The notes below the pieces were generated by a model. It made no database searches, was not told the DNA's origin, and was given only the letters and a program-made list of their open reading frames with translations. This document shows positions 38,132 to 51,900 of a DNA stretch of 64,000 nt, piece by piece; the first letter of the stretch is position 1; every line of letters begins with the position of its first letter. The position numbers were made by a program, and so were the translations under genes. Source of the DNA: Octopus sinensis (Eukaryota); assembly GCF_006345805.1 (NCBI RefSeq), contig NC_042997.1, forward strand, positions 77,934,001 through 77,998,000, read 5' to 3'.

Positions 38132-39933
38132 CAACAATTGAGGGTAAAATTAATTAATTATTAATCAATTTCACCAAGTATTCAGTATGCAAAGGGACCA
38201 TTTAAGGCGAATTCAAATTATTACATTATATAAAAGGGCTTAGTAAAATAAATTACTTTGCCGCATACTGAACTCATTAGAAATAGTAGCTAAAAAAACT
38301 TTTTTAAAACTATTTCTAATACTTAAAGAAAACCTCTCTCATATAGTGTTTGCTCAATTCAACTCACGAAAGTATGGGGGTAAAGACATTAAAAAATCAG
38401 TGTTTTCAAATCCAAACCAAGGAGTTCTGAGCTGATGATAGAAATGTCGAGTTGACTAATCTTGAAACGTACGTTCTCAAATAACCTTTGCATTTGATTT
38501 TTTAATGTCTTTACCCCCATACTTTCGTGAGTTGAATTGAGCAAACACTATATGAGAGAGGTTTTCTTTAAGTATTAGAAATAGTTTTAAAAAAGTTTTT
38601 TTAGCTACTATTTCTAATGAGTTCAGTATGCGGCAAAGTAATTTATTTTACTAAGCCCTTTTATATAATATATATATATATATATATATAATATATATAT
38701 ATATATGCATAGTTACAAAGTATCTACATTATTAATTACCTACAGAATTTTAGGTAGTTATGCTGAGTTCATTTGGTGAGTTGTGTTAATACAAAGGTAC
38801 CAAAACTGCAACCATAACATAAAAGAATTTTTGAGGATTTGAAATTATTATTGAACTTAGTGAAAATTTCATTTGGTTTTGTTGAATTTAAATTTCCTAA
38901 GTGTTTTTTCTCATGAAAATCTAATTTTGGTTTAAACGTTTCTACTCATAATGTTTATAACTAAGTTTTATTGATAATTTTCTAAATTGAAAATGAAAAT
39001 AGCCTGACTGATATAAATAGATGATTATTCTAATTTTATCCACCATCAGTGCACTAATAACTATAAATGTAAAATAATACATGTTTGGATGGTACCATCT
39101 TTAACAGAAATCCACAATAAATTACGTAGTTGCTTGTAAACAGATTACCTTTTAAACATTTTTGATGTATTAAAATTATTTTACATATGTAGAAAGTAAA
39201 ATAAAAATGTAAACTAGCGTTTTTATGAAAACACTGTCTTGATTTCAGCATTAAAGTTTAAGTAGGCAGAAAATGTTATGTAGAGGGTAACTGGTGGTTG
39301 AACATTATTGTGTTTGTTGATGTATATTGATTTATATTGTTTATATTGTATTATTGTGTATATGTATATGTATATATATGTAAGGATATGAGTATGTATG
39401 CACTCATATTTATATTTATATGTAAATTATTTTAGGGTTTGTACTCATACTTGCATTAGAATCTCCGAAGAGGCCGTAAGATATTCTTGTTAATGTCTCA
39501 TTTATACCTGCAATATATGGCTAATAGGTTAAATGAGACATACCTATCTTCATGGCCGAAACAGCTGTCAGTTATAACGTATATGTATTTTTATATCTTG
39601 TTATATTTATTTAGTTATATCTCACCATATTGATTGTAATTATTGTACTGTATTAATGTCTAATCTCATTGCTATTGTGTAGTGTTTTAATAAAGTATAT
39701 GATTCGGTATTATCTGATAGTTGATGATTGATTTAGATATATTTCTCCATTTTCTCATTTTGTATTATTAATTTACGGTAAAAATAATTTTACCTTTGCC
39801 CACCTAATACAGTAAATGAATTAATTGCATCGCAATTTTTAACATTTATGTATTAGCTTTGTTGGGTACTTCTCTAGCAGTATATTGGATATATGTTATC
39901 CCATGGAGGGTTGAATTTACAACCCCTATCTCA

Positions 39934-39975
<42 letters not shown>

Positions 39976-42900
39976 TACGATGGGCTTCTTTCAGTTTCTA
40001 TCTACCGAATCCACTCACAAGGCTTTGGTCGGCCCGAGGGTATAGTAGAAGACACTTGCCCAAAGTGTCATGCAGTGGGACTGAACCTGGAACCATGTGG
40101 TCGGTAAGCAAGCTTCTTACCACACAGCCACTTCTATGCCGTATTGAATTTAAATACTGAAATTGTTTATTTCAAACATAAATATTGAAATATTTACTTA
40201 ACATCAAATCCAAAAGTATTAGATTAAACAGTCATCCTGAGCAAACTTGACTGGTGTGTTTGCTAATAATTGATAAATTGTCTTGATACAGGTTATACTT
40301 TTCATAAGGTTGTAGTTTATCAAACTGCTGATCTCCTCTTCAGAACATATATTTGCAATATTTATAACTACACTGTTTTGGTCTCTGTCATCAAGTGTTT
40401 TATTTCCAGATATGTGCACTCATCCAGATTGACTTGTATCCATAAAATATCTTGATCTAAGGGATATAAATACATTAGAAATTAATTACAAATTATTTTT
40501 TTTGTTACTTCCTCCTGGCTTTTTATTTCATTTTCTTAATTTTTCAGGATCTGTTTGCAATCATAATGGTGGAACAAATATTGGAGGAGCTAAGTATGTT
40601 AACAATTTTATTGTTGTTTGTTTCTTAGAGAATATAACAAATAATTCATCTTTAACCCTTTTGATACCAACCCTGCTAAAACCGCCTCTGGCTCTGTAGT
40701 ACAAATGTCTTGTTTTCAAAAGTTCTGAATTAAAATCTTCCACCAAACTTTAGTCACAATCTATGTACCTAACACTAGCTTAATGATAACTAAGTTATTT
40801 TACTAAATTCTTTGTTATATTTAAAATTAATTGAAAGAAACACAGAGCATCTCAGCAGAAATATGGTAACAAAAGGGTGAAGCTGATTTTGAACTTGCAC
40901 TGATTCTTTCTACAACTAATTTAATCAAATTGTCTTAATTTTCTCTTTTGAGAGTTTTAATCATACAATGTAGATATGAAATATCTAGGGTTGTCTAAAT
41001 GTTAACATAATGAATTTCTAAAAATATTAGAATTTTAAGAGAGCTTGAATTTTTTAGTTAAAAAAACACTCAACTTTTACAAAAGTTTAGTCAGCACATT
41101 TGTAATAAATTTCATATCTTTGAATGTAATTTTGGGGAATTTTTTTTAGCCCTTTAGCATTCAAACAGACTATATCAGGCCTAGATATTCTACTACCTGT
41201 TTTATGTTCAAAACACTCTATTAGGCATTGCACCAATTGTAATCTGCTGTTTCAAGATTTTTCAGAACTACAGTTTGAAATACTAAGTAAATCATAGAAA
41301 CACATTGGCTGTGAGTTAATGTTCACTTTCAGTGAATATGTCTTTTTCATTTTCACTGAAAGTAAATTGTTGTGTATTTGAGTAGAACTCTTAATTCTTC
41401 ATAACCCAGATCATCTGTCTGTTGAGAGTATGTGCCTGGTCATCTTCGAATGTTGGGCTATTCATTTTCTTAACATAATGAAATCAAATCTAGATTCTAA
41501 CCTTAACCTCCTCCAAAACATGGGAAACATTTACATTTATTACTATAAGACTTAGGATTAAAATTAATATTTCTTAAATAACAATGTTTGCTAGTATGCA
41601 TTGAGGTTAGGTGTTTAAAATTTCATAATGGTCATATATTGTTTCTTCTGTTGCAACTACATTTCTTTTGTTTTTCCCCACCTCAAATCCTATACTAAAC
41701 ACTTTGTTCTTCTTTCCCAAAACTCCTCTCAACCCACATTTTTCTTAATCCTCATCAAGATTAGAAGTTTATTAAAGCAGATTTAGGTATTATGTTATAT
41801 AGATTGTTATTTAGCTCCAATTCATCCTTCATTTAGCAATACCTTACATGGTACTGGAAGATGTAAAGGATAACTGTATTGTTAGTCTCCTTGTATGCAT
41901 TTTAATATATTCATTACATCAGTGGTGTATAGAGATTTTTGTCACGGGGTATACTGCTGTGCTAGTCCGGCTATTCTTTTCTACTCTAGGCACAAGGCCC
42001 AAAACTTTTAGGGAAAAAGGGTGTTATCTTTTCTACTCTAGGCACAAGGCCTGAAGTACGAGTACAAAAACATATTTTTCTTCTGGGACACAATTATTTG
42101 AATCTGACTTTGTTTCTGAGGGTGTATTAGATTTGAAAACAAATCATAACCAGATTATATTTGTGATACTGTATGAACAGAATTATTTATAATGAAAATT
42201 TACCAACTTGGGTAGGTATGCATCACATACCTATGACAAAGGATGAAGCTCCTTCCCAAGTTATATAGACTCATAAGGGCTGTTTTCTCGTTTCTGTGGT
42301 ATGTATATTTCTCACTGGACACAATTCCAGTCTGTTGTAGAATAACTCATTTTTGCTAGCTGGGTGGACTGGAGTAACATGAAATGAAGTGTTTTGCTCA
42401 ATCACAAGTCCAACATTGTAACCACTAAATCATGTGCCTCCATCACTTACTAGCAAACCCAAAATATATACTCCTGCATTACATAGTCATTATTATCATT
42501 TATTAAGTACATTAAATTTATTAAGTCTATTTTTACTTTTAGAAATTATAATATTAGACATTTCATTTTTTTAAAATTCATTAATTATAAAAGGAACATT
42601 ATGTGGTCAATTAAAAAAATTATCATTGACATGTTTTGCTACTCTGCAGCATCATATTTTGTACATATGCATCATACACTCTGATCTTCATTGAGAGAGA
42701 GAATCCTCTTTTTTCCAACAGAGGTAATAGCTTTCTAAACTTTGTCCATCTCATCTTTCTTTTGGTTTACTATACTTTTAGAACATCCTCTTCCCCTGTT
42801 AAGACCTCTTAGTAACAAGATCTGACCATTTGAAAGAATTTATATTATAGGTGTTCTAATGTTAACTACTCTTGTGCATCTATTACATATGAAACCCCTG

Positions 42901-45900
42901 TTTCTTTGTTGGCCTTCTTGTGCTCTCAGAGCATCCACTTCCCTTACTAATCAGTGTGTCAAAGTAACAGAGGCTAACTACTTCTAATGAGCTTTCCTGG
43001 TATAAGGAATATATTTCATGGATGCTTCTACTGCTAGCTACTCTTGTGCATCTGCTACATATGAAGTCTTTCTTTGTTGACTTGCTTGTGTTACTACTAT
43101 GTCTCATGTGCAGCCACAGTTTATATGTAGTTTACAGCAATGCTTCATAAACTATCTGATGTGGCATACTGGCAGTTTTTTTCCCAATGTGCCAGGGACT
43201 GGTAATATTTCTTAGTAATATTAATTAATACTGGATATAACATATATAATCATCATCATGTTTAACGTCAGTTTTCCATGCTGGCATGGGTCGGATGGTT
43301 TGACTTAGGTCTGGATAGCTAGCGATTGCACCAGGCTTCAATCTGATCTGCCAGTGTTTCTACTGCTGGATGCCCTTCTTAATGCCAACTACTCTGAGAG
43401 TGTAGTGGGTGCGTTTTACGTGCCACCAGCACAGGAGCCAGTCAGGCGGGCCTGACATCAATCAACGTTCGGATGGTGCTTTTTATGTGCCATTGGCATG
43501 GGGCCAGTCAGTGAGTACTGGCATCGGCCACATTTGGATGGTGCTTTTTACATGCCACCGGGACAGGAGCCAGTCAGGGGGCACTGGCCACAGCTATGAT
43601 ATAATATTTAATAAAAGTTGACAATTTCTTATCTTATATTTATTTTGTAAACAAATTATACAATATTACATAAGCATTTTAAAATGTTTCTTTCTTTTCT
43701 GGAAACAAACCATGTACTGGCAGCTGATGGCTTGTGGATCAGCATCAGTCCATGAACCACCACTTTAAGTAGCACTGGCTTATAGTACAGATTTCCTACC
43801 TAGTTCTTTTCTACTTATTGAGTATTGTCACCTCTCTGATACAGTAAAGCCTTATTTTCTTTCTTGCTAACAAAAACTTTTGTCATTGCTTTGTTTATTT
43901 TCAGGCCTTTTGATTCTAGGTTTTGGTGTCACATTTGAAATTTCTTTAATTCTTTGGCTGACTCAGATATGAAGCCTAGGTCATCAGCTGATAGCTTTTC
44001 CAATTGCTTGTCTTAAATCCCTGTGTTATGACCTGGAGAACAATAATGAAAAAAGAGTTGAGAACTGAATTCTAGATACCTATGTGTACACTGAGTTCCT
44101 TTTAACTCTTACTTTTCCAACAGTTTCTCTTAATGTCATTTTCACGTCTCTTATGCCATTTCATTTAGTTTTGTCACCACAGAACTACAGAGCAAGGCTT
44201 TCTCTAGGATAACAAATACTAGATGTATTGGTTTGATCTTTGGCAAGAACTTGTGTACTTATCTTACTTGGAAAAGGACATTGTGGGTACCTTCCACTTG
44301 CTTCTAACTAGGGTATCTCTTGCACTTGTTGTAGTCAATGATACTATTATACCAGTGATTGTGAATGACACCTCCCTGTATTAGTTTGTCAGATATTTTC
44401 AGCATCATAGTGATTATTTTTGATGGTCCACTTGCTTGTCCCTTCCTTTACATTCTTAATTGTTCTTTCAACTGTGTAGTTATCAACTTCATTAGCAAGT
44501 CTCTCAGTATTGTTTATTTGAGACAGTTTATCTTTATTCCATACATTCTCCTCATTCAGCAACCTTTCATGGTAATATTTGTATTACTTTTAGAATCAGT
44601 GAAGGCAAGTGCGGCATCATAATTCCATAAATATTTTTCCCCAACAATATCTGGATTTGCTTTGATACACTGCTTTATATTCAGGAACACCTCACATCTC
44701 TGGTTCTCTCATCATAGAACATTGGCATACTACTTTTAATGTTTCTCTTTGCTATCTATAACTTCTCTTCCATGTAACTGATATTGTTCTTTGCTCTCTT
44801 TTTCAATCTTTCCATTCTTTCATGGCTCTAACTGCTGTACCATTCCACCATCATGCTGCGTCCAGCTGGAACCTTGTGGGATCCATAGTTCCAGTTTGTG
44901 GTTTACAGCAATTTCTTTCAAACTTCTAGTTCTGTATATTATTAGTCTCTATCTCTCTTTTTTGATATATGACTGCTTGCCTGGTTAATAATGAAAGCTT
45001 TAAATGTGTAGAAAACTTAAAGAAAAACAATATAATGTTTTTTGATATTGTGTTATTCATGTAGGATGATTCTTGTAACCTTTATTTTTTTTTCAATTAC
45101 TCATTGGTTCAAAATATTCTGTTGAATATAATTTTATCAGTTTATTAGTGATAATCTTGCATATATATTTATAATATATATTTTATTATAATTGCAATTT
45201 TTTTCTTTATTATTTAGCCATTTAGCACAACCTGCTGCCATTTTTGGTTACCGAAGTTCTAACAACACTCAGAGAATGTAAGTACAACTTTACGAACTTC
45301 TAATATATAAATTTTTTCAATTTACGAATACTTTAGTATGAAAAGAAATGCTAAGTTATAGCTCAATATACAGATTGACTTTTAGGTGGATGAATATTAC
45401 AGTAAATACTAACTTGTAGAAAAAAAAACATGAAGTTTCGTCTTTTGGTACAGTAAAATTATTGTTATTTAAAGTATTTATTCAAATAAAAATATTTGTG
45501 TGATGTTAAATGTATATTGTTAGAATCTAAAGTGGTGGATTTTATATCTTGACTTATATCAAAATAATACAACTTGAAGAATCATTGAATGTTGACTTTG
45601 CTATTGCAGAATTCTTGAAGGAAATGATCGTGCTAATACCTTCAGTGTCAAGAGTAAAGAAGTGGAGGTTATTACTAGCAGATTGAGTAGCAATCCAGAA
45701 AATCAAGCTGGGAGCAACAAGGTAATTTTTTTTTTTGTATGACTTATAAAAAATGAATTTTAAAAATTGTATCTTTTGAGTGCAAATCTATTGTGATAGT
45801 AGTTGGTTTTATAAACTATTTTTTATGTTGCATGTAATAATAGAGAGTACAGCATTCATTTCAAGAACTAAAGTGGTTTTTTTACTTTTTCATTTAAAAA

Positions 45901-48900
45901 CAAAGGAAATTAATAAATTCCTCTTTCAGTTGGTTCTTCTCAAGTTTTTTAATTTGTATATGAAGCCATACGAATCCAGTAAATTGTATTTAATGTTATA
46001 AAGACATTTTACCTGTTCTAGTTAAAATTCTATTCCAAATAGGTATTTACTCAATAGATTTCTTTTACCGTAACTTTTTAAATGATTAAAATAATTTGAC
46101 AGCCTTTAATGAAAGGCTGTCAAACCTCGTTGCTGTTCACAGAAATGGTGTGTTTGTTGCTTATTGCCTTCGAGGTGAGAGTCTTCTTTGTTTCAAATAT
46201 GAATAATATTTGAATATTTTACAAAAACTTAATTTTTATAAATTTATTTGTTGTTACTTGTCTACTCTGATCACTTAAAATGTAACCAGTTTAATCAGTT
46301 TGCCAAGTATAATTTTGATAAGTTGATTGTATTTTATCAGTTCTAAATGCCATAATTTGAACTTAAGTGAACATCTTAGATTAACTGTCTAAGATATTAC
46401 TCTCATTTAAATTGAATATACATTGCAAACTGAGGACAATGTGTAGTGAAGGAAAAAAGTAAAACCTGATTTCTTATATAAAATTGATGAAAATAATTAA
46501 ATAGGAATTTTATTATTCCTGTTTGTATAAGTTGATGGATTTGAATGAAAACATCTAGAAAGTTACTTTACATTAAATACTTTTTTCTTTTTTATTTATT
46601 TTTATAATTTTTAGGTGAAAACAACAACAGTTGTGAAATTTGAGTGGGAAGCTCGGAAATATTTAGGCAACCTCGTTGCTGTTCACAGAAATGGTGTGTT
46701 TGTTGCTTATTGCCTTCGAGGTGAGAGTCTTCTTTGTTTCAAATATGAAGTGTACTCTTGTGAATGTTGGGACTTCAGCATTAACAGTGGGAAACCTGTT
46801 TCAAAACTTTTTTCAAATTGAGTTTGAGCAAGGGTATTGAAAAACTGGTTCTAGCACCTAAATGGCTAAAAGTAGAGGAGAAAAAAGAAAATAGACAGGC
46901 TTTTTGAATGATTAACATATAAATTACCTGTAGCATACAAAACTGATATATGATGATAAATTTTAATCTTTTAAAATCTGGGTTTATTTTGAATTTTGAC
47001 TTGATTGTGTACAGATTCCAGTTGTAATGTAATGCTTTTTCTTTTGGTTACTTGCATCTGAAAATATGGTAGGTCCTACTTATAGTTTATGTTCCCTTCA
47101 TCATCCTCATCATCATTTTATGTTGGTTTTTCTCAGCAGCCATCAGTTGGATGGATTGTCATAGTTTGTTGCTCTTTTAGAATTACTATACTCATACATA
47201 TGTTGAGAACCATGTTTTGCTATGTTCCAATTTTTGGCATGGCTTCTTATCACTGGATGTTCTTCCTATCACCAACAACTTTTTAGACTGTACTGGGACA
47301 CTTTATCATTCTGTGGTTACTAGAAAGGTTGTTTTGTTTCTGACAAGATTAAAGAGTTTACTCTGCTGTATGTTATCTCTATTTGTTCATCAGTATCACA
47401 GAGATTATGATGTCCCTGACAAGATTTAAGAGTCCTCCACCCATATAACTGAATACAGTGCTCCCTCTTTATAACACAGGTTATGGGGTCCAAGAAAACC
47501 AACCGCGTTCTATCCAGGCCACAGATTCACGGGTAAAGGGGTAGGGTGGCAGGCGATAATAGAAAAAAATGAGATATTTGGTTTGATTAGTAAAGTGCAC
47601 GAACAAAAAAAAACATTCAAGTTTAACATTTATTATACTGTACCAATAAATTACTTACAAAATATCATGAATTATAGTAAATACAATAACTTAAAAAAAT
47701 GTTTACATTGTTTATTTCCGTAACTAGTTCCTGTTGACTCTAAAATAAGAATTTTCAATAAATACTTATGAAATGCTTTTACATTGCATTTCTGATGTTA
47801 TACCACCTAGTGAATGAATTGTAAGTGCTTAAAAGTATGTTTGATTAATAAAGTTACATTGTATGAAAGTTCACATTTATTTTTTATTCAATCACATAAA
47901 AAAGTCTGTCAGCTTCTTCTGGCACAATCCTTTCCTCATCTTAATCTGTGTCTGCCTGAGCAGGTTCTTCAGATGCATGGTGTAGACTGGGTCATGGTCT
48001 TCACACTCTGTATTCTATAAGCCACTTGAGATGTGAGATAGCCCCTGTGTGTGTCTTGGCTGGGGCTGGTGTCTCTGATTCCTCTGTGTCATCTGGCTCC
48101 TCCTCAATCTGCTCCACAATCTGGGTCTGTTAGTGTCTCTGTTGGGGGTATGGCTTCTTCTGCTTTCTGCCACCTGTTAACCCAGTCTTTCAGGGTCATT
48201 GTCTCCTCTAGACATTGTTTTGCTGCCCTGGTCTCCTCAGTGAATCCCATGAATTCCTCTTTTTCTGGCCCTAGCTCTGGCTGTTGGGGCTGTGGGAAGG
48301 CTGCATCAAGGGTTTTGTTCCAGCAGTTGGCTATGGTCTTGGTTGACACTGTAGCCCAGGTTCTGCCTGACAAGTAACTGGTATCCTTGATAGTAAGCTG
48401 CTTCAGATAGTCTGGAACACTAAGTGGGGATTCTGTCATTTCCAGGATGAGTTCCTTCTTGCAGGTGGCTTTGAAGGCCTGAATGATGCCAGCATCACAG
48501 GACTGTATTTTGCTGGTTGTGTTCATAGGTAGATAGAGGACCTTGATCTGGCCATCTCTGGTCTGTAAGATGTCTCCCTTTGGGTGGGCGGAGCAGTTAT
48601 CTAGCAAGAGGATAGCTTTCTCCGGTAGGTTGAGGTTCCTAAGGTGGCTCCTAACAATAGGGACAAATAACTTGAAGAACCATTCTTCAAATATGCTTGA
48701 AATTATAATGAATGAAGTGGAATATGGTTTCCTTTTTATATAAATTTGTACCTCCAGGGTGTTAATTACATCCTTTAAATATTAATTTGTTTGACTCATT
48801 TGAACCCCCAATCAAATTGTGGAAAACGAACTGTCAAAAGTGCTCACTGGTCAAAAAGGTGTTGTTTTCATCACAAAATCAAAGAAATTATGCACACAAA

Positions 48901-51900
48901 ACATGTAATGAGCACCAGATTATATGGTAACTGACTGCAATATTTTCAAGCTGTTGATTAAGGTATTTTGTTGAAATTTGCTGAAATTCTGCTTTTAATC
49001 AAGGTTTTTGCAGGTTGTGAGCAATAATGAAGGAAATTCTGCTTCAAATTATTTGGGGTTCATTCAAACCACCTGTGTTATATGCGGGGACGCGGTATAG
49101 CGAGACACCTTATAAAGAAAGAGCACTGTAGGAGGAAAATAAAGTGCTAGAGAGTCTAAAGGAAGGGAGTCATAGTGGAAGTGTGATTAGAAAAGAATGT
49201 AATGTGTGTGTTTGTGTATTAGAGAGAATGGTTACATGATGGTTGTTGGTGAGGGAATTGAAACATGGTTAAGAGACAAGTACATAATGGTTCATAAGAT
49301 ATTGAATAGAAAACATAACCAAGATGGTGTTATAAGAGAGACAATGAGAGTGCTCTGTGCAAGAGAGAGTAATAAAAGATAGAATGAACGACAGCTACTT
49401 GGTGGCTTGGTGATGAAAGAGGGAGTAATGAAAGCAGAAGTGAGTGATGTGTGTCAGTGAGTGATATACTTGAGGTGAGAAAGCGTGATAAAAGTGGAAA
49501 CGAGAGAGAAAGTACAATGGATAGCAATAGAGATAAATCAGAATTCTCTTTCTAATCAGTTATGCTAACTCTTTCAATAGCTTTCATAATCTGATCCATC
49601 AATTTGATACTTTTGTAATTGCTCTTTTGTTTCTCCTTTGTTTTTGTAGCAATTGACAATGATATAACTATGTCAACCATTAGATACACTGTACTACCTG
49701 ATTGACTATGTGATTGCCCTATCTCATCAGTTATTTTCAGCATCTCAGCAACAATCTCTTCATTGCCCAGCTGCCTTCTCTTAGTTCGCTGCACTTAAAG
49801 TAGGCCCTCCCTCTCCCATGTAATTTCATTCAACCTCTTATGGTAGCATATGGTTTTTGACATCAGTGAAGACAAATGCACTGTTATCACCCTGTACACA
49901 CCGCTATTTCAATATCATTGCAGGAACTTATTTTATTGAAGGATGAAAGCCAAGTTGTTTTTAGTAATAGTTCTGAAATTAATAACTCTGATGTTGTTAC
50001 TGACATGAATTGTAGTACTCCTCTGTTCATTTAAGTGATGACTACGATTCTAACAATTGATTGTGTGGCACAATCTTTTGAAAAAAATCTATGTTGTGAT
50101 TAATCTTCTACTTTCATTTTTATGTAAATAAAAAAAAATCTTTTTATATGTTATTGCCTAATCATCTTTTTTTTTATATTGAAAATACAAGCACTTTTTA
50201 TATGTACACAGGTAAATCTGGTGCTAATGTACGCATACTTAATCGGAAAACTGCTGACAGGACATTATTAAAAGATTTCTGTGGACGTGTGACTGACTTG
50301 GCTTTTGCTTTCACTGATAAGATACTGCTTGCAGCCATTGATGAAATGGGAAACCTTTATATACATCAAATTACTGGAGCCTCAGAGGGCAAAATTCAGT
50401 ATCCTTTTGAAACTTCTTTACTTTTTTAGTTGTAATGATTGCATTAATATGAAGCCTTTTCTTGTATGAAAAACAAAGGGAATTCTGGAGTTGGGATTTC
50501 TCAATATTTTAATATGTAAATGGAAGCTTTGGGTTCTATCGAGACAAGATGTTGGGAATAGGGGAGATAATAGCAGTTATAATAAAAATTCCCCAATAGT
50601 TATTGCCCTTGAATTTTTATATTGAACTGAGGCATTTTCAAAGTTTAAATGATTTTAAATTTAGTGATATTTCACCATTAAAATTACACGTTAAACAAGA
50701 TATTCCACATCTCAAGATACTCTTGATTATAATCTGTTGCTTTCATAACATCTTAACACTACCATGATGAAACTTTTTCTTTTAAGATATGATCTTTTTT
50801 TTTCCCAAGTGTATCCTGATTATATTGAGAAATATTAAGTTATCATTTATGTATAGAAAACTTTTTTTTTTATTAAATATGTTAAATTGGGAACAGTTTG
50901 ATATGTACTGGGCTCTAAGTAATTTCAGCATGTAGTTTCAAATGTTTAGATAGAAATAGGTATCAGCGATGTTAATGAAGAATTTCGTTTTTTTTATTTT
51001 TTATTTTTCAAGAATCTCCATTTTTTTGTTATAAAGAAGCTATAATTATTATTCAGTCAATTTGGTGTCACTTTAATTCCTTTTCCCACGATACTAAGTG
51101 GGTGAAAGGCTTGTTAAAAATAGAATACATTTCCCTTAAACTGTGTTTAGATCAAAATTATTGCTGAACATTGTCTCATACAATGATAATCAGTCTGAAT
51201 TTCACAGAGTCTTCTGGTGTCCATACATTCCTGATGAATCTGAAGATGATACTTCTCAGGATAATTCTTTTTCTAAGATGCTTCTTATCACTCATGGAGA
51301 AAAGGTTATTAAATATTATTTTACTACATCCAGCATTATTTTAACTAATTTAAAATTTTTGTTCTTAAATGTTAAATATGTAATTTTATTTTTGAAATTA
51401 AAAAGGAAGTAGTATTTACGATTTGAACAACTGGACTTCAAAAAAATAATTTGTGGTCTGGAGGAAGAGGCTGCATTGAGTCTTCACAGGTCCTCTGAGA
51501 TAATTGAAATTAATGCAGTTAATGTTCTTGAATATTTACAAGTCAATGACTGTAGATGAAATGTGTAGGCAGTGAATTCTAGAGAGCAGTGTTCTGTGGT
51601 GGAAAGAGGAAAGATTGAGTGTTTAGTGTGGGACCTGAGATTGGTAAGGGTGCACATGATAAAGGTGAGGAGTGCTTGAGTAGAAGTGGTATGAGTCAGC
51701 TCTGAGGAGCATATACCATTCTGGTTACAAAGGAAAAGACTGAGAGGGGTCAGCTTCTTTAGAAGTGGTCTTTGGTGTTTGTGTGTACCATCTCATGTAT
51801 CAAAGTAGTATGCTATTGTGGATCCCATTGGAGTTTTCTTGAGAGTTAGTAGTTTTTATGGGCTAATGTATTTTCAGTCTTCTGAAGAGGGAGGGTAGTC

